Virus record (IMG/VR): IMGVR_UViG_3300047562_002142
Coordinates: 1 to 54,225 of that record
DNA from: a virus
Taxonomy: Duplodnaviria > Caudoviricetes
DNA: 54,225 nucleotides
Reading direction: 5' to 3' (one strand)
Part shown: one piece after another, positions 1 through 9,297 of the stretch
How positions within the stretch are numbered: the first letter of the stretch is position 1
Layout of the letters: each line of letters starts with the position of its first letter
Made by a program: the position numbers and the translations under genes
Notes under the pieces: generated by a model
The model's input: only the letters and a program-made list of their open reading frames with translations
Databases searched by the model: none
What the model was told of the DNA's origin: nothing

Positions 1-2
1 CT

Positions 3-146
3 ATTATAATTTACTGTGAAAACAATAATGTTGATGTAGAATCAGTTCCTAAACTTATTTCTAAACCACTCAAGGAAAAGATTAAGTATGAAGCAATGGA
101 ACTTAATTTCTTAAAGAAAACTTCCCGTGCTAAATTGATTTTTTAA
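3..146 (+). CDS. g33: Late-promoter transcription co-activator gp33, 3' fragment truncated by the window edge
   Basis: Hand translation IIIYCENNNVDVESVPKLISKPLKEKIKYEAMELNFLKKTSRAKLIF* resembles the gp33 C-terminus; TAA abuts the g59 ATG; g33-g59-g32 synteny. Confidence 0.85.
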   Translation: MIIYCENNNVDVESVPKLISKPLKEKIKYEAMELNFLKKTSRAKLIF

Positions 147-743
147 ATGATGCCTGTTGATGCCTATCGCAAATATATTGCTCTCAAGAATCACTTCACC
201 AAGGACAATTACGATTATCATAAGTACTGTGGTAAAAGTCGTGCAACTGTACAATCTTTCTATAAACGAAAGGATAGATTCTGGTTTGAAAAACTGGCAA
301 GGCAAAAGACAGACCAAGAAGTTGTTGAATTCTTTGTAGCAAATTTTATTAGTTGCACTGATCCAAGTAAATTGTGGATTGGTGAGATGATAAAAGATGG
401 TGAAGAAAGATACGATCAATGGAAAAAAAGAACACAATCACTTTCTTATATCTTTAAAGAAGAAACCCAAAGTCTATTTGAAAATCAAAAAGTCGATGAG
501 GTATTTGATTGTTCCAAAGGTCATCCACCAATTCTTAAGAAGTTTCTAAGTGGTGATATTAGCCCAGAAACAATGGTGATTTTTGATAAGATATTTTTGT
601 TTGGTAAAAATTTTGATAAGAAACTGCAAGATCCTGTATGGGAAACCGTAAGTAAAAAGATTAAAAAGTATTCTTCTTTTATACATATTGATGTGCAAAA
701 GTACAAATCAATTTTAAAAAATATTGTTCTAGGAGATAAATGA
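147..743 (+). CDS. g59: Helicase loader gp59
   Basis: Y..LKNHFT...YDY.KY.GK and F.KR.D...F.KL motifs; position between g33 and g32. Confidence 0.9.
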   Translation: MMPVDAYRKYIALKNHFTKDNYDYHKYCGKSRATVQSFYKRKDRFWFEKLARQKTDQEVVEFFVANFISCTDPSKLWIGEMIKDGEERYDQWKKRTQSLSYIFKEETQSLFENQKVDEVFDCSKGHPPILKKFLSGDISPETMVIFDKIFLFGKNFDKKLQDPVWETVSKKIKKYSSFIHIDVQKYKSILKNIVLGDK

Positions 744-1084
744 GTTTCTTTAAATCTGAAGTTGTCCGGGCAGAGATGTCTGAAATATCCGAAATGCAAG
801 AGGAAATTTATAAAAATGTTTTTGAGTTTCCTAGTATGTCTAAAGAGCAAAAACTATCTCATGTAGAACTCTTGGATAAACTGCTGAATAAACAAAGGGT
901 TCTTTATACTCGTTTGAGTTTATCCGATGACCCTGAAGCTAAAGAAATGAAAAATCGTATTGCAGAATCGGCAGCAATGATGGGTATTCCTGCAAATGTT
1001 GATATGAATGTTATTTTTAATAATATGAGCAAGATGCTGGAAGCGATGCGTCAAAGGATTGACGAAACGGGTTCAGACCTGTAG
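740..1084 (+). CDS. Conserved cyanophage hypothetical protein (DUF1825-like)
   Basis: MSFF.SE.V and KQ...YTRLSLSDDPEA motif; usual position between g59 and g32. Confidence 0.75.
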   Translation: MSFFKSEVVRAEMSEISEMQEEIYKNVFEFPSMSKEQKLSHVELLDKLLNKQRVLYTRLSLSDDPEAKEMKNRIAESAAMMGIPANVDMNVIFNNMSKMLEAMRQRIDETGSDL

Positions 1085-1087
1085 AAT
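1059..1087 (+). promoter_or_regulatory. Sigma70-type promoter for g32, embedded in the end of the upstream ORF
   Basis: TTGACG (1059-1064), 17 nt, TAGAAT (1082-1087). Confidence 0.75.
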
Positions 1088-1154
1088 GATGTTGGCTGGA
1101 CGATCCATTAAGCAAAGTCAAAAAGGCCAAATCCAATTATCAAAAGGTAATCTA

Positions 1155-2093
1155 ATGTCATTTGAAAATCTAAAAAAACAATCCTCCATTGGTTCTCTTA
1201 CCGCAAAACTGGTGAAAGAGGTGGAGAAGATGGGTAATAATTCTGGTGGTGCTGATGAGCGTCTCTGGAAACCAGTTATGGGAAAAGATGGAGTAGGATC
1301 TGCAATTATCCGTTTCCTGCCTGCCCCAGAAGGAGAAGAACTTCCTTGGGCAAAGATGTATTCTCACGCTTTCCAAGGTCCTGGTGGTTGGTATATTGAA
1401 AACTCCCTGACTACCATTGGTCAGAAAGACCCTTTAGGGGAATACAACCGCGAACTGTGGAACAGCGGTAGTGAAGCGGATAAAGAAACAGTCCGCAAAC
1501 AGAAGCGTAAACTGTCTTATTATAGCAATATCTATGTTGTAAAAGACCCTGTAAATCCACAAAATGAGGGTAAAGTTTTTCTCTTCAAATATGGAAAGAA
1601 AATCTTTGATAAGATTATGGAAGCAATGCAACCAGAGTTTGAGGATGAAACGCCCATCAATCCTTTTGACTTCTGGGTGGGTGCAAACTTTAAACTCAAA
1701 ATCGTAAAGAAAGATGGGTACTGGAACTACGACAAGTCAGAATTTGATCGCGTTGCACCACTCCTGGACGATGATGATGCCCTTGAAGCGATTTGGAAGA
1801 AAGAGTATTCATTGACTGCTTTGACTGCTCCAGATCAATTCAAAACCTACGAGCAACTAGAAGCACGACTAAAACTGGTTCTTGGTAAAAAGAGTGCTGC
1901 AAGTTCTATTCGAGAGCAAGAAGAGCATTATGATTCTTATATTCAGACTCCTTCAGAAGAAGAGCGTGTAATTTCAGAACTGGAGCAATCATTTGCCAGT
2001 TCTAAATCACCTTCTCTTCCTGTGGTTAGTAAAGAAATTGATGAAGATGAAGATGACACCCTCTCATATTTCCAAAAACTGGTCGATGATTGA
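1155..2093 (+). CDS. g32: Single-stranded DNA-binding protein gp32 (start moved from 1059 to ATG 1155)
   Basis: DERLWKP, IRFLPAP, HAFQGPGGWYIENSLTT, FKYGKKIFDKI, NYDKSEF motifs and acidic tail; AAAGGT upstream of ATG 1155. Confidence 0.95.
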   Translation: MSFENLKKQSSIGSLTAKLVKEVEKMGNNSGGADERLWKPVMGKDGVGSAIIRFLPAPEGEELPWAKMYSHAFQGPGGWYIENSLTTIGQKDPLGEYNRELWNSGSEADKETVRKQKRKLSYYSNIYVVKDPVNPQNEGKVFLFKYGKKIFDKIMEAMQPEFEDETPINPFDFWVGANFKLKIVKKDGYWNYDKSEFDRVAPLLDDDDALEAIWKKEYSLTALTAPDQFKTYEQLEARLKLVLGKKSAASSIREQEEHYDSYIQTPSEEERVISELEQSFASSKSPSLPVVSKEIDEDEDDTLSYFQKLVDD

Positions 2094-2771
2094 TTAGTTA
2101 AATAATCTGATATTATCTCCTCTCTTCAAGGTTCTACTCAGGTATTGGGTAGAACCTTTTTTATATTTCATAATTTCTTCCATATCATTGAACACAACAT
2201 TTAAGTATTGTGGTTTTAGAACAAAAATATTTCTCTTATCTTCTTCTAGTTTAGATTCATATTCATAGTTTGTAATTGGAGTTGGTGGTACTAATTCTGA
2301 AATTGTAGTTTGTAAACCTCCATCATAATACTCATAAAAATAATTATCAGACTCTTTTAGTGTTATACCTGAAGGAAGAATGAGATTACCAGAACTATCC
2401 CTGATTTCATTTGTTTCGTAATGATGAATTCCATTGTATAGTTCATCATAAGAACCATACTTTTCTAACATTATCTTATCAAATATGACCTGTGGCAACG
2501 GCCATTCTGTTTGGATATTTAAGATATTATTTGAAAGTAACACTACCCAATCAAGGGTTTCGTCATTGTAGATTTTATAAGCAACATTATCTGGTCTTTC
2601 ATCACCAATGATTTTATACTTGGTGAAGTAAGAAAGATTACCAAAAATGTCTTCACGCAGTTTTCCGCGACGAAATAAATTCTTTACGGGTGCATATTCA
2701 GAGATTTGCCTTTGGTTTGAATCTCTGCTGACATAATCAAAATCTGGAACTTGTCTGAAGTATGATGGCAT
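2094..2771 (-). CDS. g53: Baseplate wedge protein gp53
   Basis: YF...P.F.Y start, ERPD.VA..IY and WVVLL.NNI......WPL, IHHYET motifs. Confidence 0.9.
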   Translation of the reverse strand: MPSYFRQVPDFDYVSRDSNQRQISEYAPVKNLFRRGKLREDIFGNLSYFTKYKIIGDERPDNVAYKIYNDETLDWVVLLSNNILNIQTEWPLPQVIFDKIMLEKYGSYDELYNGIHHYETNEIRDSSGNLILPSGITLKESDNYFYEYYDGGLQTTISELVPPTPITNYEYESKLEEDKRNIFVLKPQYLNVVFNDMEEIMKYKKGSTQYLSRTLKRGDNIRLFN

Positions 2772-2773
2772 TT

Positions 2774-4078
2774 TTAGTAACCTATTGTTGTTACGTCTTT
2801 GAGGGATTTATAATCAGTATCTGTTACTGGTTCTAACTCTTGGAATTGAAGAGTTAAATTATATGATGTCATCGGATATCCACTGTTTGTATCATTAAAT
2901 GTCATGTAAGAACCGTCTGGCGTATAATCAACAGAACAAGATTGAAGAGCACACGTTTTTATCTTATTTAATGATGTATGTTCTTCTTTCGTTGTTCCAT
3001 TGATATATTTTATTTTAAAAACATTTGGAGTTGCTAAGAATAACCCACCAGAAGCAGTTTTTACTGACATTGCTTCTTTAAAAATTCTTATTATACTCTT
3101 AACTTGCTTTGCTTCGTCTATATCTCTAGGGGATAATCTAAACGAAAAACTGAATGGTCTTAATTGGGGACCTTGAAATAGCAACTCAATATTTGGATTT
3201 ACAATCGCTCCACCAAACCTGGATAATAAACCATTAACACCGATTGCTTTTTGTTTTAAGTATAATAAAATTGCTTTTCGTGCATTGGGATCTTCAGTTA
3301 TTGTGGTTCCCAATTTTCCTAATATTTCACCAAAATCATTGCCATTACTTCCTCCAGTCATAGCAGCAGATGACAGACCGTATCCGGCAAGTTCTACTGG
3401 ATTTAATCCTAATCCATTCCAATCAACTGAATTTGTATCTGTGATTGATGGTTGTATTGGCAATACTATAGTTGCTTTTGAAGAACCTAGATTTCTATTT
3501 TTTTCTTGTATGAGTGGATTTTCTCTACTTGGTCTTCTTGTTTTATAATCATATACTTCAAATTTTATATAGTCTTGGTTATTTCCATCTATATTTGTTG
3601 GATACCTATATGTTCCACTCCATGCTGTTTCTTTACTATCTGCTTCTATTTGTTCTGGCAAATCCTCAGTTGTTAGTAATGTTTTATTATCCGGTCCATC
3701 AGTCCTACCACCTGGAGTTCCTGTTTGTAGATTTGTCCCTAAAATTTCATTTATTTTCGTGTTTCCGCCACCTGCCTGTCCTCCTATTCCTCTTCTAACT
3801 ACTGGAACTGCTTGTTCTGTTACGATTTTTCTTCCATTGGCAGAGAAATATTGTATTTCTTCTCTGCTAGCATTGGCAGTATTCTTAAAATTTTCTCCCT
3901 TATTGATTGTTCCTACAACAACTATTTCTTCTTGGTTTAATGCATTTTTTCCTTTTCTGAATATTGTTGTTGTTCCATCTTCTGATACAGTTACATAATA
4001 TCCGATGGCATTTACTGAATTATTCTGAAAGGGTTGGGGAAAATATTGTGGTGGTGTATCTTGGTATATTACTGCCAT
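2774..4078 (-). CDS. g48: Baseplate tail-tube cap gp48
   Basis: NPNIELLFQGPQLRPFSFSF.LSPR...EA..V..II..FK and L.L.FQELEP motifs. Confidence 0.88.
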   Translation of the reverse strand: MAVIYQDTPPQYFPQPFQNNSVNAIGYYVTVSEDGTTTIFRKGKNALNQEEIVVVGTINKGENFKNTANASREEIQYFSANGRKIVTEQAVPVVRRGIGGQAGGGNTKINEILGTNLQTGTPGGRTDGPDNKTLLTTEDLPEQIEADSKETAWSGTYRYPTNIDGNNQDYIKFEVYDYKTRRPSRENPLIQEKNRNLGSSKATIVLPIQPSITDTNSVDWNGLGLNPVELAGYGLSSAAMTGGSNGNDFGEILGKLGTTITEDPNARKAILLYLKQKAIGVNGLLSRFGGAIVNPNIELLFQGPQLRPFSFSFRLSPRDIDEAKQVKSIIRIFKEAMSVKTASGGLFLATPNVFKIKYINGTTKEEHTSLNKIKTCALQSCSVDYTPDGSYMTFNDTNSGYPMTSYNLTLQFQELEPVTDTDYKSLKDVTTIGY

Positions 4079-4140
4079 CAGAATCTCTCCCCAACTGCAA
4101 GAGGATTAATCATCTCAATTTTTCGTAGAGTATGAGACAT
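4078..4140 (-). CDS. Possible 20-aa leader ORF coupled to g48
   Basis: MSHTLRKIEMINPLAVGERF*; its TGA overlaps the g48 ATG (TGATG); lies downstream of a minus-strand TAAATA. Confidence 0.4.
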   Translation of the reverse strand: MSHTLRKIEMINPLAVGERF

Positions 4141-4165
4141 TTATAGATGTTTTATATTTATTTAG

Positions 4166-4549
4166 TTATGGTTTTTTCAGAAATCTAGCGTAAGGTAAAG
4201 AACGTAAGTAATCAATCTCATCATTTTTTACGATATGTAATGAACCAGAAACTTCTTGCCAAGTATAATTCCTTACAGTTCCCCAATGAAAATTTAATCC
4301 CCTAAATCCCCATCTTTGAACATCAATACAAGCAATTAATGGGTGAATATCAAAAACAATACCGGGAGTTTTTGCAAGATATACAAAAGTATAATATTTT
4401 CCAACATCAGGTATAAATTCTGTCTCTCTAAAGACACTAAGAATTTCTAACATAACAGAGTCTGGGTCAATTAATCCCTTTACTCTTTTTTTGAGTTCTG
4501 ATACTCTTGGTGAATCTTTTTTAATATCTTTACCGAAACCTTCCGCCAT
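4166..4549 (-). CDS. gp2-like DNA end protector homologue (short form)
   Basis: GKYYTFVY.AKT...FD.HPL...GF.GLNFHW resembles the gp2 core; adjacent to g4. Confidence 0.55.
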   Translation of the reverse strand: MAEGFGKDIKKDSPRVSELKKRVKGLIDPDSVMLEILSVFRETEFIPDVGKYYTFVYLAKTPGIVFDIHPLIACIDVQRWGFRGLNFHWGTVRNYTWQEVSGSLHIVKNDEIDYLRSLPYARFLKKP

Positions 4550-5001
4550 TACTTAATACCCAATTCTGATTCGGTGACGATTTTGAAACCTATCATATGG
4601 TCGTCACACCATTCTTGAATTGATTTCCATTTTGCTTGATTTACCATATAAGTTTTCATTTCATTTAGATATGTCTGCTTTCTTTTATTTCCTTTCACTG
4701 GCGGAATGGTTTGTTTTTTTGGTTTTATTTCTATAATATATTTTTTTACTTTATTATCGTTTTCCAAAACTTCAATGATAAAATCTGGGAAATATCTACA
4801 AACTTTATTTTTTACTGGGTTGAAGTAAGGAACACAAAATTCTTCAGAACCATACCTCAATACACTTTCTGTTCTATCACACCATCTCATAAATTTTAAT
4901 TCCCAAGAACTTCTGTATACTATATTTCTTGGGTTTCCAATATATTTTTCTGGGTTTTGTGGATGAAAAAATCCTTGATGATATTTTGAATCACGCGGCA
5001 T
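4549..5001 (-). CDS. g4: Head completion nuclease gp4
   Basis: P.NP.KY.G, YRSSWE..FM.WCD, RYFPDF, IEIKP.KQT, N.AKW motifs. Confidence 0.93.
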   Translation of the reverse strand: MPRDSKYHQGFFHPQNPEKYIGNPRNIVYRSSWELKFMRWCDRTESVLRYGSEEFCVPYFNPVKNKVCRYFPDFIIEVLENDNKVKKYIIEIKPKKQTIPPVKGNKRKQTYLNEMKTYMVNQAKWKSIQEWCDDHMIGFKIVTESELGIK

Positions 5002-5044
5002 TTTTTTCCCCCATATCTCTACTACATAATATATAACGCAAAAA

Positions 5045-5052
5045 TATTTATA
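5045..5052 (-). promoter_or_regulatory. T4-type late promoter for the g4-g48-g53 unit
   Basis: Reverse complement reads TATAAATA, ~45 nt upstream of the g4 start. Confidence 0.7.
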
Positions 5053-5053
5053 G

Positions 5054-5830
5054 ATGACTGCTCCACCAATAAAATCTGTCAGTATGTCTGCTATAAAAAG
5101 TAAGTTATTGCGACCTGCTTTAACTTCTCATTTTATTTGTGAGTTTAAACCGCCAGAGGCTGCTAAGAATTTTTTAAATTTAAGAACTGATGCAGGATTT
5201 GTTGGAGCAACATATAGCACCGAAAACCAAGAGTTGCTACAACTTTCGTGTAGTGAAGCATCCCTTCCAGGGTCTTCTCTTGCAACAAATGAAATCAATA
5301 ATGATTATACTGGTGTAACTGAACGACACGCTTATCGTAGATTATATGATGATAGGTCTGATTTTACTTTTTATGTTGATGGGGAATATAGAATTATAGA
5401 TTTTTTTGAGAATTGGATTTCTTATGTTGTAAATGAAAATGATTTAAACGCACAGAGAACAAGAACATATAATTATAGAGTTAATTTTCCAACAACTTAT
5501 TATGCAGATGCCCTTTACATCACAAAGTTTGAGAAAGACCACACTAGAAATGATAGAGGAAGACCTTTAGTATATAAGTTTATTAATGCATATCCAATAA
5601 GTATTAATTCTATGCCAGTATCTTATGATAGTTCCCAACTATTAAAATGCACTGTGTCATTTACATACAGTCGTTATGTTATTTCAAGGACTGGTACTTT
5701 TTCTACTGAGACTGGAGAACCTCAATTTGCATCTGATACTTCACAATTTGGACAAACTGGTTTTAACTTAAATCAAAATACTTTACGAACTACTGGGATT
5801 TTATCGGAAAATATCAGACCACTACTATAA
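5054..5830 (+). CDS. Tail-tube-family protein (gp19/gp54-like tube initiator)
   Basis: L.C.EASLPG.S, FTFYVD...FFE.W, F.NAYP.SI....SY...LLK.TVSF.Y tube-fold motifs. Confidence 0.75.
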   Translation: MTAPPIKSVSMSAIKSKLLRPALTSHFICEFKPPEAAKNFLNLRTDAGFVGATYSTENQELLQLSCSEASLPGSSLATNEINNDYTGVTERHAYRRLYDDRSDFTFYVDGEYRIIDFFENWISYVVNENDLNAQRTRTYNYRVNFPTTYYADALYITKFEKDHTRNDRGRPLVYKFINAYPISINSMPVSYDSSQLLKCTVSFTYSRYVISRTGTFSTETGEPQFASDTSQFGQTGFNLNQNTLRTTGILSENIRPLL

Positions 5831-5867
5831 CAAATAAATAATCACACTGAAACGATTATAGGATATT

Positions 5868-6587
5868 ATGCCTTTACCTAAGATTTCAACGCCATCATAT
5901 TTTCTCACTTTACCATCAACAGGAAAAGAAATTAAATATAGACCATTTCTTGTTAGAGAAGAAAAGTTACTTATATTAGCACTTGAGAGTGAAGATACAA
6001 AACAAATCACAGAAGCAATTAAAGCAGTTATTAAGAACTGTATTGAAACCAGAGGTGTTAAAGTAGAAACACTCCCAACATTTGATATTGAATATCTCTT
6101 CCTTAACATTCGTGGTAAGTCTGTAGGAGAGGAAATCGAAGTTAATGTTATTTGCCCTGATGATGGAGAGACTACTGTTCCTGTAAAAATCAATGTAGAT
6201 GAAATTGAAGTTAAAAAGTTTGATGGGCACGATAAGAAAATCAAAGTTGATGATAATGTAATGATTGAGATGAAGTATCCTTCATTGGAGCAATTCATCA
6301 AAAATAATTTTGACTTTAATGCAACGAATGATATAGACCAGGCATTTGATTTAATTTCATCTTGTATTGATAAGATTTGTACTAAAGATGAAGTATGGTC
6401 TACTGCTGATGTTACTAAGAAGGAACTACAAGACTTCCTAGACCAAATGAATTCTTCTCAATTCAAGCAGATTGAGAAGTTTTTTGAAACAATGCCTAAA
6501 CTTTCTCATACACTTACAGTCAAAAATCCAAATACCAATGTAGAAAGTCCCGTCACTTTAGAAGGGTTATCATCTTTTTTCGTATAG
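5868..6587 (+). CDS. g26: Baseplate hub assembly protein, commonly annotated gp26
   Basis: MPLPKI..P.Y.L.LPS, YRPFLV.EEK.L, FDIEYLFL.IR.KSVGE, FFETMPKL, LEGL.SFF motifs. Confidence 0.88.
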   Translation: MPLPKISTPSYFLTLPSTGKEIKYRPFLVREEKLLILALESEDTKQITEAIKAVIKNCIETRGVKVETLPTFDIEYLFLNIRGKSVGEEIEVNVICPDDGETTVPVKINVDEIEVKKFDGHDKKIKVDDNVMIEMKYPSLEQFIKNNFDFNATNDIDQAFDLISSCIDKICTKDEVWSTADVTKKELQDFLDQMNSSQFKQIEKFFETMPKLSHTLTVKNPNTNVESPVTLEGLSSFFV

Positions 6588-6766
6588 CACTTTCTCATAT
6601 TGACCTTGAGAATTATTATCAACTTAACTTTGCTCTAGTTCAGTACCATAAATACTCTTTGACGGAGATAGAAAACTGGATGCCTTGGGAACGAGATGTG
6701 TATGTGACTTTGCTAAAGAATCATTTAGAAGAAGAAAAACTAAAGCAGCAGCAAAATGGAAGTTAA
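6575..6766 (+). CDS. g51: gp51-like hub assembly domain, absent from the ORF track; -1 frame relative to g26 and no canonical start
   Basis: Hand translation FFRIALSHIDLENYYQLNFALVQYHKYSLTEIENWMPWERDVYVTLLKNHLEEEKLKQQQNGS* carries the NYY..NFAL.Q.HKYSLTEIEN..PWER signature. Confidence 0.85.
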   Translation, partial: FFRIALSHIDLENYYQLNFALVQYHKYSLTEIENWMPWERDVYVTLLKNHLEEEKLKQQQNGS

Positions 6767-9296
6767 TGCCCCATCTAAATTACCAATACGCTGGTTTCCA
6801 GTAAACCAAATTGGTATACAAACTTGGGGTAAGTTAAAAGCAAGACTTACTGGAAAGAAGAATGAGTTTGCTGGAAAGTATTTTTCTTTTGTAAATTTAT
6901 CAGAAAGTGATGCTGATAAGTTAATAGAAAATATTAAAAAGTCTGGGAAACTTGCCGTATTAGAAGATGAGTCTGTTGATAATTTAGAAATATACCAAAA
7001 CTGGTTAGTTGATACTTATTTGGAATCATCGCCAGACATTAGTGTTAGTATGGGTGAGAATAATAATGTTGATGAAAATGAGGAAGTAAAGACTGAAAGT
7101 ATCAAAGAGGATGAAAATAGAGGACGTGCTCTTACCCTCTATGAGGGAACCCGTGGTGATGATTTAGTAAGTGAAGAAGTAGATGAAAGAATATTAAAAC
7201 TTCTTGGTCTTGATGATGTTTTTGATATTGATTATTCAACTTATATGACTCTTCTGCGTGGAAAGATGGCAGAAGGAAGAATGGTTGATAAGAAATTATC
7301 AACTGATGAAGTAATGCTTCTTACAGATGAGTTTAAGAGAGTCAAAGGAAAAGTAGGTAGATTTAAGTTAAAGAAGAAGAAAATAACTGCAGATAATTTG
7401 GGTGTTACTGGACCAGTACAAGTTTCTAAACAACAATATTATCTCACAAGTAAAGCAATAGTGCCTGAGACTTCTGGTGTTGGTGAAGATGGTGGCGATT
7501 TACTTAAGAATGTAATTTCCATCAATGAAACTGTTTCTAAGATTTTAGAAAGTTTAATTTCTCAAAATGAACAGATTAAAAAGATTGAGGAATCTGATAG
7601 AAAGAGAAGAGAACAAGATAGAAGAAGAAAAAGAGAAGCAGGTTTAGAAAAAAATTTAACAAACCTTGCATCTGCTGCATCCAAAATGCTTGCACCAGTT
7701 AAGGGTATTTTGGATAAAATACTTAACTTTATTCTTTATACTTTACTTGGAAGAGCATTTGTTAAGTTTATTGATTGGTTCAATAATCCTAAAAATAAAG
7801 AGAGAGTAGAAGTTCTTAAAAGATTCTTAAAAGATTGGTGGCCTACTTTATTAGGAGCACTGGTTCTTTTTACAACTCCATTTGGTAAGTTTGTTCGCAC
7901 ATTTGTTGGTACTGTTACTAAATTAACTTTAAGACTTACAAAGTTTGGAATTCCAAAACTATTATCTTTTGTAAAAGCACATCCAAAAACTGCTACACTA
8001 CTTGCTGCTGGAACTGCTGTTGGTGCTGGAATTTATATGCAGTCTCAAAGAGAACGAAGAGATAAAGAAATCCAAAGCACTGACCCAAATTACGGTAAAA
8101 AACCTGGACCAATGAAGAGTATTATTGACTTTGGTTCTATGGGTGGAATGCAATTTAAGGGTGGTGGAATGGTTCCTATTCCTGCATTTGATAATAGTGG
8201 TGGAATGGTTCCTATTCCTGCATTTGATAATAGTGGTGGAATGGTTCCTATTCCTGCATTTGATAATGGTGGCTATGTAGATGAAGATACTGGTATTACT
8301 GTAACTGGTGCAGGCGTTGATACTCAAGCAACTGTATTACAACCAGGAGAAGTTGTATTCAGTAAAAAAGCAGTTGATTACTGGGGTGCAGATAGACTCC
8401 TTACAATGAATAAGATGGGAGGTGGAACTAATATTCCAAAGTTTGTGAATAGCGTGCAGATGGCCCAAGGTGGTGGAATGATTGGTAAAGCAGTACATCA
8501 CCTTAAACAAGATGAAGCACTATCATCTCTTACAAAAGGAATGAATGATTTTATCAAACCTGGTGGAAGGAGTGTGGTGAGTAGAATAAACTGGGGAAAT
8601 ATAAAACCAGAAACTCCAATTCATTCTTATAAAGATAGTGTCGGACAACCAACTATTGGGCGGGGTTCTACTTTCTATGATAGTATTTTGCGTGGTAAGA
8701 AACCCGTAAAAATGGGAGATACAATTACAAAAAAACAGGCAGATAATATTTTAAGTACAAATCTTGGAAATCTTGCAAAGACATATTCTCAAAAGATTCC
8801 TCTTTGGAAAAAGATGAGTGATAATCAAAGAGCAGGAGTATTGACTTTAGGATACAATGCTCCATATGGTCCAATAGGAGCATTTCCAAGACTCACTGAT
8901 GCACTTATGAAAGGTGATATGAAAAGTGCTGCAGAAAACATTCAGAGAGGTGGTCCAAGTGCAGCACGACTTTCTATTGAAAAGCAACTACTTTTAAGTG
9001 GTCCAAAAGATTTAACTAAAGCACAACAACCACCAAAGGCACAAGTCAAACCTAAAGAACCATCTTTATTTGATAAAGTGAAGACTAATATAATGAACTT
9101 CTTTAGTCCCAAACCAACAGTTAATATTGGACCACCTGTAAGTTCTATGAACCAAAATATTATGGAACTTCCACCAATAATTCAACAAGCAGGACAACAG
9201 GTTGCAGTTGCTGGAGGAACTAAGGTGCCTCAGTTTATGTCTCCTGATACAACATATGCTACAATTAACGCATCTATTTACGGAATAGTAGGATAA
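6756..9296 (+). CDS. Tape-measure/hub-associated virion protein with a C-terminal phage lysozyme (GH24-like) domain
   Basis: Coiled-coil and hydrophobic helices, GG.V..G...DT....L..GEVV motif, then YKDSVGQPTIG.G...IT..QA..IL...NQ.A....L.YN lysozyme motifs. Confidence 0.65.
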   Translation: MEVNAPSKLPIRWFPVNQIGIQTWGKLKARLTGKKNEFAGKYFSFVNLSESDADKLIENIKKSGKLAVLEDESVDNLEIYQNWLVDTYLESSPDISVSMGENNNVDENEEVKTESIKEDENRGRALTLYEGTRGDDLVSEEVDERILKLLGLDDVFDIDYSTYMTLLRGKMAEGRMVDKKLSTDEVMLLTDEFKRVKGKVGRFKLKKKKITADNLGVTGPVQVSKQQYYLTSKAIVPETSGVGEDGGDLLKNVISINETVSKILESLISQNEQIKKIEESDRKRREQDRRRKREAGLEKNLTNLASAASKMLAPVKGILDKILNFILYTLLGRAFVKFIDWFNNPKNKERVEVLKRFLKDWWPTLLGALVLFTTPFGKFVRTFVGTVTKLTLRLTKFGIPKLLSFVKAHPKTATLLAAGTAVGAGIYMQSQRERRDKEIQSTDPNYGKKPGPMKSIIDFGSMGGMQFKGGGMVPIPAFDNSGGMVPIPAFDNSGGMVPIPAFDNGGYVDEDTGITVTGAGVDTQATVLQPGEVVFSKKAVDYWGADRLLTMNKMGGGTNIPKFVNSVQMAQGGGMIGKAVHHLKQDEALSSLTKGMNDFIKPGGRSVVSRINWGNIKPETPIHSYKDSVGQPTIGRGSTFYDSILRGKKPVKMGDTITKKQADNILSTNLGNLAKTYSQKIPLWKKMSDNQRAGVLTLGYNAPYGPIGAFPRLTDALMKGDMKSAAENIQRGGPSAARLSIEKQLLLSGPKDLTKAQQPPKAQVKPKEPSLFDKVKTNIMNFFSPKPTVNIGPPVSSMNQNIMELPPIIQQAGQQVAVAGGTKVPQFMSPDTTYATINASIYGIVG
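8161..8267 (+). repeat. In-frame 36-nt tandem repeat, 3 copies (GGMVPIPAFDNS)
   Basis: gtggtggaatggttcctattcctgcatttgataat at 8161, 8197 and 8233. Confidence 0.95.
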
Positions 9297-9297
9297 G

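Noticed and set aside
1059-1154. N-terminal extension of gp32 from TTG 1059
   Set aside because: That TTG is the -35 box of a promoter; gp32-like sequence begins at MSF (1155)
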